64,000 nucleotides of DNA from Monocercomonoides exilis PA203 (taxonomy: Eukaryota; Protista; Preaxostyla), in NCBI GenBank assembly GCA_001643675.2, contig LSRY02000049.1:248001-312000 (forward strand), read 5' to 3'. This document shows, in pieces, positions 1-12,542 of this stretch. Both the position numbers and the translations under genes were made by a program. The notes beneath the pieces are model-generated. The model was not told the DNA's origin, made no database searches, and worked only from the letters and a program-made list of their open reading frames with translations. Positions within the stretch are counted from its first letter, which is position 1. Each line of letters begins with the position of its first letter.

Positions 1-3000
1 TGCACCTCTGCCTCCTTCACCAGGCTCCGCAGGTGGCTCAGCTCTCTTTCCTGCTCCAGGAGCTCCCGCTGGACAGACGACAGAAGCACAAGCTGGTCAG
101 CGCCGGAAGAACTGGGAGAGGCAAGGGAAGAAGAAGACGACGATGATGATAAACTGGAAGGTTCTCCATTGTTGGCATGTGGACGAAGGTTGGATCGCGA
201 TCTAGTGGATAAATTCTTCGATAAGCGTAAAGAGGAAGTGGAAGCAGAAAGAGAAGAAGAAGAAGAAGAAGAAGAAGAAGAAGAAGAAGCAGGAGAACGC
301 GGTGTGTGGTTTTCGTTTGTCCCGACAGAATCTCTTCGGCTGATTGCGCTTTTCAGCTCTTCTTCCATCATCTCGTCGCTTTTCTCCGCCAAAAGCCGCT
401 TCTCTGCCTCTTCCTGGTCGAAGATGTCTCTCCTCAGCTCGTTGATCTCCTTCACCAGCGTCATGTTCTCCTTGATCAGCTGCGCAATCTCCCCCTGCTG
501 CACCATCCGCCCTTCCACCAGCCGCTGCTGCAGCTGCTTGATGTTCTTCTCCACATGGCTCCTCGCCCGCTCGTGCTCCCTCATCTCCGCACTCGTCCCT
601 TGCAGCACCGACCCTTCGGTGCCTATCATCAGCTCTGCTCTGGCATCGCCCCTCCCAAACGCAATGGACTGCCGCTGGAACACCCCACGCTGGCCAGGAC
701 GCGGACGCGACGTGGCTGCACTGAAAGTGGATGAAAGCGACGGGCGAGGGCCAGATTTGCCAAACTGACTGCTGCTGCTGCGCCCTTCGCTCGTCGACCG
801 CTCTGTTAAGGCGCCTCTTTTGGACAGAGGCAAACCAGAAAGCTTCTCCTTCCTCAGTGATTGTGATAGCATGGCACGACCATTGCTGCTGCTGTCTGAA
901 TCAAGCTGCCTTCCTCTCTCCGTCATGCTTCCCCTGCTGTTGTACTGCCCCACACTCCAACTGGCTCTCAGTGACATCCCCTCGCGACTGGTGAATGAGC
1001 CGCGCTTTTCAGCGTCTTCCATCATCTTCGCAATGCGCTCGCGCTCTTTCGCCTCTTTCTCCTTCTTCTTCCTCTCGTTCAGCATGCTCCGTGTGGCAGC
1101 AACAGTCTTTGCCATCGGTGGGGGAAGAGAGAACGTCTGCGAGGTGCTGCCGACAATCTCCTCTCCTTTCTTCATCTGCCCCTGCGCATTGCGCCCGACA
1201 TACTCTGTGTAGATGCGGATGAAGTCTGCCTTCAGCTGCTTCGGGTCGTCCAGGTGTGGCAGGCATTCGTTCAGCTCGCCTTCCAATTTGCGCTGATAGT
1301 CGGCCGTCGTCTGCAGGCGCCGCTGCTGCACCGACAGCTCCTGCACAAGCCCTGTCAGCGACAGCTGGCTCTCCAAAATGTCCATTGAAAGACGCGTCTT
1401 CTTCTGCTCGTAGTCGCTCAGCTCTTCTTTCATCGCAATGATCTGGTTCGTCAGATTCTGAGGGAAGAAGAAGAAAGAAATAAACAGAAAAAATAAATAA
1501 AGAAAGAAATAAATAAAAATAAATAAAATAAAAAATGAATGTATCAAATAAATTATAGTATTAATGTTTCATCAAATTTAATAAATTATCATTTTTCCTT
1601 TTCAAATAATAAAAAACTATTCAACCAAACCTCAATTTCATTTTCTCTGGGTGTAATTTTCGTGTTCAGCTCCTGTATCTTCCAATCCAGAACGAACTTG
1701 AATTTCTCGAGCTCCTGGTTCTTCTCCTTCAGATCAGCAATTCTGAATGCCTTGTCCTTCACCGTCTCCTCCCTCTCCACTTTCTCCTTGTTCAGCGCTG
1801 CTATTTCTGCCTCAATCTCCTCTGCCACATCTGACAAGTGCCCATGCTCCCTCACCTGCTCCTCCCACCGCTCCTTCGCCTCCGCCAGCTTCTGCTTCTT
1901 CGCCGCCACAACCGCCATCGCCTCTGCCCTCTCCGCTCGCCGCATCTCTGCTCTCTGCTTTTCATTGTACAGACGCGCCTCCAGCTCCGTCTGGCACTTC
2001 AGCAGCGCCACATCCCCCGTGTCCATCGTGAACAACCGGTCTGCCTCGTCTGCCTCGAGCACTTCTTCGATCTCTGCCGCCAGCCTCACACACTCCTCCT
2101 GCTGCTGCTTGATCTCTTCACTGAACGTGCGCTTCATCTCAGCCATTTCTTTCGCATGCGTCTCTCCCAGCGCCCTCATCTTGTTCTCCCACTCAATCGC
2201 CTGCTCTTTCTTCTCTGCCTCCACACTCTCCAGCGTCTGCGACAGATGCTCCAGCCGCTGTGCTGCCTGCACATCCAATCGTTGCTTCATCGAGGCATAT
2301 TGCTCGATAATGTCGTTCTTCTCCTTCCTTTTCGCTTCTCGTATCTCCTTCGTCTCCATCTTCATCAGATTTAGCCGCTTTATCTGGTCGTCAATGATCT
2401 TCGCGTGCTGCTTCTCAATCGCTGCAATCGTCGCCTGGCTGTCCTCTGCCATCCGCTTTCTCTTCTCCTTCCAGTTCAGATCAGCCTTGTGCACTTTCTC
2501 TTCCATGCTCTCCAGCTCCTTCATCGTCGTGTCATACGCCATCCGACTCACCTGCACCTCTTCTGCCCACTCCAGCTCCCCTCCGCTGTCTTTGCTTCCT
2601 TCGCCGCTTCTCTCTCTCTTCTTCCCCACTGCCACAGGCTCACTCGCCTCCAGCGCCTCCAAACTGTCTTCGTGCTGCTTCTGCCCAACAGACAAAACAA
2701 GATCCATCGGATCATCCTCACTCCCCATCTGCAGCTCAAACACAAGCGCTGTCCCGTCTGCTGCACAGCTCATCATCTGCACAGGCTCCTTCTTTCTTTG
2801 CCCGCTCTTGTTCTTCTTCGCACCTCCACTGCTGCTGCTTCCACTTGAACTGCCATCGCTGCCATGCTGGCGGTCTGGCTGATTGCCTGGTCGTAGCGAT
2901 GCAGTGATGATGGAAGTGATTCTGCTGTTGTGGATGGAGAATGCTGTCGGAGAAACTGTGTCACTCAGCGGCAGACGGAAGAATTTCATTGTGCCATCTG

Positions 3001-5568
3001 CACAGCCAACAATCAGCATCTCCTCGTCTGGTGTCAGCGCCATCGCAGAAATATCGCTCTCTTCCACATCGATCGATGCATATGTTGGCATCAGGCTACT
3101 GTCAAACACGCGAATACGGCCATCGTTGCATCCGAAAAAGAAGCTCGAAAAGTCGCTTGTATGTGCCAGTGCTGTCGCATACACGTTTGCTGATGCTGAG
3201 AATGTTGACTGCAAGGACGATTGCGATGATGATGAAGAGGAGCCTGCAGATGAACCAGCCGTCTTCTGCTTCTTGTCTGATGTGTTTGGCTTCGACTGTT
3301 CAGCTGGGAAATCAGGAATAGCCATCTTCAGCTGCACAAGGCGCGTAGACGTGTAAGTGCTCATGTCCCACAGGATTGCACACCCATCAGCTGCCGTTGT
3401 GATGCACAATGAATCATCTCCACTCCACGCTGCGTGCAACACCCGCCCTGAATGCCCAGCCACCACACCACCCGCAAGCACCCCCACGCTCTGCCCTGCC
3501 CAGAAGTCGTACACCTGCACCACCTGCGAGATTGATGCCACAAAGCGGTGCCCGCCATTTGAGATGACAGCTGTCCGGCAGCCGCGCAGAGAAGAGTACT
3601 GCCGCCCCACCTGCTGCGACAGGCCGTCCAGCAAGATGTTGTAGATGCCTAAGTGTTGTTCTTGGCCAATGAGGGCAAAATGACCCGTGGGATGAACTGA
3701 GACACATGTCAAAGGACCCCCTGATTCAGAAAGGGATGTGGCAAACAAAAGAGCAGAAAAGGAGGATGAGGACGAAGATGAGGCGGAGGAAGATGTTGAA
3801 GAAGAAGCAGAAGAAGAAGAAAAAGAAGACGTTGCGAGAGAATGCGAAGAGGAAATGATTGGGAAAGTGACGCCGCGTGCGCTGCCATCAGAGGAGATTG
3901 TGACACACACCGAGCGAAGAACAGCACGAGAGGCAGAAATGACAGCCCCTCTGTGCCATTGGGGAATGATGTCTGTGACAAGAGGGAGAAGCGGCTCGAC
4001 TGAAGCTGAAGTGCGAAGTGAGTTGAAAGGTGTATCCGAAGAAGAAGAAGAAGATGATGATGATGATGATGAGGTCGAAGAAGAAGCTGATGCAGAAGAA
4101 GATGAAGAGGTTCCAGCGTTTGATCGAGCGCGGAAGGAAACTGCGGTGTAAAGAGGCGAAGTGACTGGCCCAAATGAAATCAGGCCATTTTGTGAAGGAG
4201 AAGTGTTTGAAGATGAAAGAGATGGTGTAATGGTGAGTACAGAATTGGCATTGGAGGAGGGAGAAGAAGAAGAAGAAGAGTCGAGGGAGTTTGAGGAAGA
4301 AGAGGAAGTAATTGAAGGAAGTGAAATGGTAGACATTAAATGGGAAGAGATAGTTATGCCCGTGTTTGCCGAGCGTGTCGGGTTCATATCTCCGCGGAGA
4401 ATTTGCCCTTTGGAAGTGGCGATGCAGATGATTCCAGAGTTAGGCTGCAGAATAGAAGCATCCACAATCTCGCAGCCAGACAGCACAAACGTCGACATCA
4501 CGCGATACTCAGTCTGTGCTGATGAAGGCCTGTTAGAAAGAAGGCTGATGTCTGAGGAAGAGTTCATCATTCCTGTGTCATTCGAAATTGAAGATGCAGA
4601 TGCAGATGCAGATGCAGTAAGGCTGCTATTTAACAGGGAATGGTCTCCTTCCATTACGGGATCTGTTGACGACGCAACAGAATTTTCAAAGGAGACAACA
4701 CAACCCCCATCGACTATGACGCAAAAACCACGCATTGTTGGAACAATCTTGCGAGGAATTGCTCCTCCTTCGATTCTTCCGCATATTCCTTTAACTTCGT
4801 TAGATTCTACCAATTCCAGAATTCCATCGTCTCTTCCCACAATCAGGCGAGAAGCAGATACCCAAGCCATTGATGTGTAATTTTTCAGATTTTTAGTTCC
4901 AAACGCCCCTGGAATAGATTTAATGATTGTATCATCCAATTTTAACACTCTGAAAAATTGTTCTCCACAAATGTATATGGTTTTGGAGTCAAGCAGATGG
5001 AAACAAGCTTGAAGAATTGCTCCTGGATTTTCCAACTTTAAAGAAGTAACTTGTTTTGCTGTCATTGTTCCAGAGTCTATTCTCCAAACAGTAAGAATGG
5101 ATTCTCGTACAGTGAGTTTGGCTAAACACATCAAATAACGAGAATCTCCAGAAAAAGTCAACGTTGTAATATTCTGACATTCAACGATCAAAGGAGTTCG
5201 AAGCTTACGTGAAGGATTGGTCCAGTCTGGAATAACGCTTATGCTCCACTTGATATTTGCTACGAATTATCGGATAAAAAAAATAAAACTCAAAATTTAA
5301 GTTGTTTCAAACATTCTTGTTGTGCGTAAGCAAGCATCTTGAATCTTGAAGACTGTGGAGATGCAACAAGTGTCCTTATTGGCTTATTACTGTTGCTTAC
5401 GCGGAAAAACTCTTGATGGTTCTCATTGCTTGTTAGATCATTGGAAGTTTTTAATGAATAAATACTTACAAATTTTCCGCAAGGATATGCAATATCCCTA
5501 TCATCTATAACTGCAAGGCAGTTTGGATACAATGAAGAACCAAATGAGTTTATTAATCGGACAGTCAT
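1..5568 (-). CDS. CFAP57: WD40-repeat plus coiled-coil ciliary protein, CFAP57/WDR65-like (3' end runs off the window)
   Basis: WD40 motifs (GHSGRVLHAAWSGDDSLCITTAADGCAILWD) are followed by a long coiled coil containing LEKFKFVLDWKIQELNTKITPRENEI, which matches my recollection of CFAP57. ATG at 5568. GT-AG introns 5260-5312 and 1458-1630 join the ORFs in frame. Confidence 0.85.
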
Positions 5569-5928
5569 TACTTTTGTTCTTGCAAAACAACGAGAACAAA
5601 GCAAAGCCCGTTTTGTTGGCCCATATTGTTTTCTTTCAAAAATGAGATTCTCATCAAATTTGAAGATGGCTGTTAAATAAATAACTTAATTTTCTGAATT
5701 GATTTCATAGTTCTATATACTTTCATTTAACTTCTATAAAATAACTCTTTCATTCCCACTTTCCTCATTTTTTAATTTTTCACAAATAAAATTTTGTTTT
5801 TCATAAATAATTCAAAAAATAATCTTTTATAAATCAAGTGACGAACATGTTTTTGTCATCGCTTGAAGTGACCCGTCAAAAGAGTCAAAAAAGTTATTGG
5901 AAAAGGTTTAAGCACAAAAAAGCTAAAT

Positions 5929-7155
5929 TTAATTAGATTTCTTGTTGTCTCTAACCTTCTTGGAGGCAACATATTGAGCTGCTTTCTCAGCGTGTGTCTG
6001 GAAGCGACCATGTCCGAATTTGGAAGATGTATCGATGAACTTAAGATAAGTTGGTCTTCTCTCGCGCTCTGGGCGAATTGATTTTCTGATTGTGATAACT
6101 CTCTTTTTGGTACCAACAACACCTCCCTTGATCATCAGCCAATCATTTGTAACTTTTCCGTAGTGTGGGAATCCACCAAGAGGTGTGATTCCTTTCTCTG
6201 TCAGATCTGAATCAGTGGTAGCTGATTTTCTGTCTCCAGCACGTCCAATACGATAGATCTTCTTGTTCACTTCAGTTCTGTGGAAGAACCCGTGCTGACC
6301 TGTACGGGCCACTGTGCGCATCACACGCGATGGATGCCATGCACCAATGCAAGCAACCTTCCTGCGCCCACGATGGGATTTTCTTTGAAGCTTACGAACA
6401 CCCCAACGAGCAACAACACCCTGAGTTCCGTGACCACGAGAGATACCGATCAGATCGACCATCTCGTCTTCGCTGAACACAGTGCTGACGCGCACTTGCT
6501 TTTCGAACAATTGATAAGCAAAGTGAACTTTGGCAGCCATGGCTCCACCGTTCACTTGGATCTCCATCAAATGAGCTTTCTTTTGTCCAATGTTGACCAT
6601 TTTCATTTGAGTGTGGGCCAAGACGCGCAGAACGGTGCAGTGCTTCACAATACGTTCCAATTGTTTCTTGTAGTTGGCATCGAATTTGCCAGAGTACTTG
6701 GTGAAGGCGAGCTTCTTGGACTTGTACCATTTCTTGTAGAACTTTCTTTTGACGCTGACGTCCAAGGATTTGGCCCAGAGTGTTGTCAATGAGCGCAGAC
6801 CACGTGGAGTCTCAATGTATCCCACCATACCGCACACAACCATTGGTGGGCATTCCAAAATTGTCACTTGTTCGCAAACTTCGTGACGATTTGCACGTGC
6901 TCCGTCAGTTTCACGGATAACGTGTGTGCATCCAGCCTTATATCCCATGAATGCTGTCAAGTGGCATGGCTTCTTGGGATCATCCTATAAAGGCAATATA
7001 TCGCAAAATTATCAAATAACAAAGATCCCAAATAACAAGGCAAAATTTCACACCTTTGGGAATGACTTAATCTTACCTTTTCCTCTGCGGCAACGCTTGC
7101 GTGGTGTAAATCCAAGACTTCCGTGACGGGGATGCTCGTATTTGCAGTGAGACAT
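5929..7155 (-). CDS. RPL3: 60S ribosomal protein L3 (uL3)
   Basis: Exon 1 reads [21 protein letters not shown]..., then a 69-nt GT-AG intron (6985-7053). Exon 2 reads [18 protein letters not shown]...[10 protein letters not shown]...GGFPHYG...[14 protein letters not shown] and ends in TAA. Confidence 0.98.
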
Positions 7156-7242
7156 ATCGATCGATTGATCTGAAATTCCATTTTTTGTATAGAAAAATTA
7201 CCCAAAAGCAAATTGTTTAAAAAAACATAATTTTCATAATTG

Positions 7243-8719
7243 CTAAATGTGAATTGAAAAAGGTGCATTTTTAATAAGATTTTCGAATAATTCAAGTTGA
7301 ACCGAAAGAATATCGATTTTCACTCGATCATTTTCAGTTTCTGAAACAGACGACCAGGGAAGATTTTCAATACCTAAAAGTATAAATGATGTGCAAATAA
7401 TAAATACAAAAAATTTGTCATTTACAATAAATATAACAATCATACATCCAAATCGTTGTTCAGTTGATTCTTCATCGTTTCCAGTAATCTCTTTTAGCTT
7501 TGCAAGTCTCAGCTTTATCTGTTCTTCTGCCAGATTTTTAGGTGGAGCTTCTTGTGCAGCAATCCAACGGTTGTCCTTTTCTTCCTCCTTCTTCTTTTGC
7601 TCTGACTCGTCCATTATCCGAGTCAAGTCCCAAAGCTTCCCCATTTCCTTCCGAAGCTCTTCGGCTGTTGCTTTCGCAAAGGCGTACGTTGATTTTTGAA
7701 CAACGAAATTTTCTTCTTTTAATGATGGCTTTTGCTTGGGCAAGCGGTTGTTTGCTGCAATGATGGTACCAATTACATTTAGAGATGTCGACAATACCTG
7801 AATAAAAAACGAGAAAATTCATCGATTTTACAAAAAAAGTGAAACATTAAAGAATAAAATATGAAATTTTGTTTGGAGAAAAAATTTCTCTTTATTTGAA
7901 CACACATCGACGTTTTCAGCTGGAGACGTGCAAAATATTTTCATCAGCACAAACGCCAGCGAAGCAATGTCATTCAGCAGGGCGCAAAGGAAGCAATGCA
8001 TTTTATCGTCTGGATCAGCAAACTTCAGAAACAAAGGCGATCGCAAGAATTGATACAGCTCTCTTCTCAAAGTGGTGAGAATCTGAGCAAATGCCAAGTT
8101 TGAATGAACAAACAGCAAAGAATGCGATTCGTCTGTCATTTTTGTGCCTGAAGAAGGATCAGGCGATGAATAAAACGCGTTTAAGCCTTTCTTTGCACTC
8201 ACCATTTCTTCAAAGGCAGATGGAGGACGAGGAATAAGAGAGACAATAATCGCACAAACAAGCAAAATTGAACTGAAAATGGTGTTTTCCTCGTTGGCTT
8301 CTAAATTTTCTAAAGAGCGGCTGAAATGATGAGGACTGTCAGGCTGTGAAAGAAGAGCAAGAACAGAGGCAGCTGTTCGATGAAATGGCATTTGATATTC
8401 AGAAGGGAAGACGCGACATGCATACGATGTGAGAGAGGCAGCAAGTTGAAATGCAACGCTGGAAGAGAAAAGATAAAAAGTTGCTTCGTCTCTGCTTCGC
8501 TCCCAGGCAGATAGCGACAAGGCAGATGATGCAGCTGAATGAATATGTGTGTGTGATGCTAATGAGTCCATAAGAGGATGACGAGTCATCAATGAGAGAA
8601 GATCTCTGCATAGAGCTGTTTCTGTTGAAGTGAGTGAAAATTGATTAGATTTGATAGAATTGAATTTTGAATGAAATGAAGAAGTGACAGTTGAAGAAGA
8701 AGAAGAAGAAGAAGAAGAA

Positions 8720-8750
<31 letters not shown>

Positions 8751-10378
8751 AAGAAGAAGAAGGGCACATAGGCACGCTCAATGACATTGAATGCTCCATT
8801 GCTCTATTTACGGCCTGTGAGATCAGAATCGATCCACGGCTAGACAGCTGAACAGAATTTGTAGACAGCATTGAAAGTGCAAATGGGGTTGCTATTTGGA
8901 GAAGTGTAGGAGGAGGCAGAATGCTTGGAACGATTGAAGAGCAGAACGAGTATTGTGTGTTGAAATAGAAAAAAGCTGCTCTTCCAAACTTGCTGAACGG
9001 TGTGTTGAGAGCATTTGGCTGTTGGTTTTGTTCAGATGAAGTGTTATCTTCGCAGATGAAATGAGGAAGTGCATTCTCATCTGGCTCAATCACAATCTGA
9101 CGAAAGACATTCGACGGAGGCGTCTGTGTGATGTACTGAATTTGAGGCATTGGGCTGACAATGTCATTCCACGTGCATCCAAGTCGCAGAAACAAATATT
9201 CAAGCTCTTCCAAGTATTCTGAGAGCTGCTTGCCTTCCTTCATTCTTTTTCTTTCCATTTTCTGATCTGTTTTTGGATCTCCATTAGAAAAAGGAGACAT
9301 AACTGGATTTGTGAATGCTTCTCGGAGTTTAATTTCATCAACAGAGAGTGCTCTCGAAGCGATCAAATGCCCCAACAAAAAGAAAAGTGCGTGCTTTCCC
9401 ATTCGAAGCTGAAGAGGAGATATTGCCGTGCCTGTTTGAGCATTCTGTGTTGTTGTGCTATCTTCAGAGGCAACTTGTGAAGTGCAATTAGAAGCAGAAG
9501 TAGATAAAGACTGAGAATGTGTAGAAGAGGAAACAGAAGCAATTGATTGAAGAAGTTTAATTGCTAACGGAAATAATGGCGAAAGACCTTTGAGTGGAGA
9601 TTTAATTGGACGAAGGGATTCAACGTGTAAATCTTTCTCTTTTGAATGCAGCCCTTCAGAGCAATTTGACGAAGATGAAGAAGATGAAGATCCGGATTCC
9701 TCGCTTGTTGATCCCACTTCAGAATTTACTTCATAATTTTGATTTATTCTCTGTTGATTTTGTTGTGACTCTTCTTCATATTCGTCGTCATCTTCTTCAA
9801 AATCATAATGAACTGGTGGTGAAAGAAAATGAGGAAGCTCAATTTTGTACCCTTTATGTGGATGAGCAATTCGAGGGATTATTATAGATAAGAAAGTTAT
9901 TAGATATTTTATCGGACTGCGAGTTCTATTCATAACTAAATACAGAAAGTTCAAAATGTTCGATAGATTTTGCAAAATAGTCAAAAATATGCAAACCTGT
10001 TTGATGCCAAATAGAAAATACATAATTGATAATTGGATATTTTGGTGATTCTTTGTCTTTTGCCATTTCTTGTTCTAGAAGAAATATAATCTCTTTTGAT
10101 GACGAGGCTTGAGCGCAACAATGTTCAAGAGCCTTTTCAATCCATAAAAAATAAAACATAACTAAATGTTTTAATAGCAAGGTATCTGCACTGCAAACCT
10201 TTAAAGAATTAGATGCGATTTTTCTGTTTTCATGAGAAATAAGGCGGGTCAAGGCTGGAACAATTTCCCAAAGAAAATCATCAACTTCAACGTGTGTAAA
10301 GTTTAAAATTTTACTGAGTTCATCACATTTGGAAGAATCAGATGAATCTGCAGCAAGGCAAACAAGACATGATTCCAT
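7243..10378 (-). CDS. Probable glomulin/ALF4/Ybp-family helical-repeat protein, multi-exon
   Basis: ORFs 9926-10378, 7828-10023 and 7243-7794 appear to be joined by short introns (e.g. 10133-10198). LWEIVPAL, SKEIIFLLEQE and GRAAFFYF...IVPSILPPPTLLQIA...SRGSILISQAV resemble conserved glomulin blocks. It carries poly-Ser insertions. Confidence 0.5.
8693..8761 (+). repeat. (GAA)n microsatellite encoding poly-Ser on the minus strand
   Basis: Read directly; one interruption. Confidence 0.9.
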
Positions 10379-10626
10379 TTATATTTTTTAATTTCCTTTT
10401 TAATCTATTCAAACAAATATAATATCACTGTTGAAGCAACTTAAACTAATTGTTAAAATAGAAATCTAATGATTTTATTTATTCCAACTTATTTCTTTTT
10501 TATAAAAAAGTGTGATCTTACCATAGGAAAAGATTATCACTTATCATCTTCCGTTTAAGTTTCTTCATGAACATTTTCATTTTGTTATTGGGATTTATTG
10601 TTGCATTTTATGTTATTCGCCAATTA

Positions 10627-11889
10627 ATGAGATTCTATAGAAAATGTATGCTTGCTTTTTAACGACAATTTGAAAGCGTAATTTGTTGTTCAGTCACTTC
10701 TGTTCGTGTATGGAAAGAAAATATTAACAAGCATGGACCATTAGAACAGATACTGTTTGTAACAATTTTATATCAGCGATCAATAAAAATATCTACAATT
10801 AATGTTCATTGATAAATATTTTTAGTCCTGGAATCTACAGAGTTGCTGTTCAACATGGGAAATTGACATGGTTTGCTCATTTTAAACTCCTCGGCTATTT
10901 TTTTATTAATCTTATTTAGCAACATGTACGTTTATCCAATGATGAAAGGTGGAATGCTCATAATTAACCCAATGATTGTAAATGAAGCTGTTCTGAAGCA
11001 AATCTTACAATTAGGGAACCCAACCGTTCTTGCAATTTTATGTGATGATCAATTTTGCCCGGTTCATACAAAGGATGTTGCGGCTTGGAGGAAAAAATTC
11101 CCAGAAAGCGTTTTTGCTTGGTATGAATTTTGTTTTGCTTGTTAATAAATTTTATTTCAATTGCGTTATAGCCCGAATAAGCATTATCAGAGACTTGTTA
11201 AAGATATTCCTTTGGTTGAATTTCTTGATACAACATTGGAAATGCAAATCAAATATGAAGGTAAAAATTTGTTATTCCACGAACATTTTCAATTTTTTTA
11301 TTTGAAATTTTATCGAAATTTTCAGATGTTTCTGTCAGATTCCCTTGCGACGATCGTTCTGAATTACACATGCTTTTGACAGTGAAAGATGGAAAAGCCA
11401 ACACAGAAGAAGAAAATCGGGCACTTGTTGTTGGAGAGATGCTTCATGGAGACAATTCGGATCGTATGTTACAATTTCAGTTCAAATCATATTTTTAATT
11501 CTGCAAATCTCATAATTTTATATTTTTACAATATTTCTGATATTCATTTGTTTTTTTGCATAATATCTCAACTTTATTATTTTTATTTTTTTCATTATTC
11601 TCCAGCCAAAAATATCCATGAGACTACGATCGGCCGAGTGATGTCAACAATGTTTAAGCAACGTGCACAGATTGGCGGACACTTTGCCCGAATGGCCGAG
11701 AATGAGCACCTGATGGGTATTCTTCCATCACATGGCCTGCCACTGGTAGAGTCAGCTGACGCCTCATCCTCCTCATCCAGCTCCTCATCACTTCCCAGAC
11801 AGAATATTGGTGTTGCAAAGGAAACGCTGTTGAAAATAGCAGCAACTTATCCAAAGGAGAAGCCTAAGGATAGCAAAAAATCACAGTAG
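10627..11889 (+). CDS. Small MBL-fold / DUF4336-like protein, multi-exon
   Basis: Spliced product (introns ~10646-10693, 10755-10825, 10871-10919, 11121-11171 and others): KHGPLEQILPGIYRV...NMYVYPMMKGGMLIINP...LQLGNPTVL...HTKDVAAWRKKFPES. This is the HGPxE / NMxV / GxLxxxNP / HxxDxAAWxxxFP pattern of bacterial-type MBL-like hypothetical proteins. Start codon is inferred. Confidence 0.6.
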
Positions 11890-12542
11890 GTTTATTTGTA
11901 GATGACATTATTTTGTTAAACGTTGTCTGCACAGTTGGATATTCACTCTATGTTTGCATCTTTCATTTTTACAGAATATTGTCGTTTTCATTTTATTGAA
12001 TAAGAAATGCTTCAAGCCTTTCGCACTTATGTTTCATCTTTTTATCATTTGTGAAGAACTTTATTTTTCTTCTTCTTCTTTTCTTCCTCTTTTTTTTTTT
12101 TGACTTATGTAAAAACTATTTTTAAAACAATTTTCTACAAATTCAAAACAATAGGTATTGCTCAACAATAAAGAAAAATTGTATTCAGCCTCTAAAAACA
12201 ACATATTTTTTTTCAAAATGAAAATAAATGATAATAATGGAAATAAAAAACAGTGTTTGCATATCAAATAAAAAGCAGCTTTCCCAAAGATTCATACGAA
12301 TAATTGCAGCTTTCTATTTGTTTCATTGTATAATTCTCTTTGTAAATTTTTACATAAAGTCAATAAAAAATAACAAGTATTACACACAAATAACATCATC
12401 AAAAAAAAAAAAAAAATTAATTTAAAAAGAAAAAGAAATTCCAAAAGATTAAACTTTCAATCTTAAATAGCTTCACTCTAAAAAATAAAATAAAACATAA
12501 CAAAACAAAATAAAATCAACATGGCTTCTAATTCTTCGCTTT

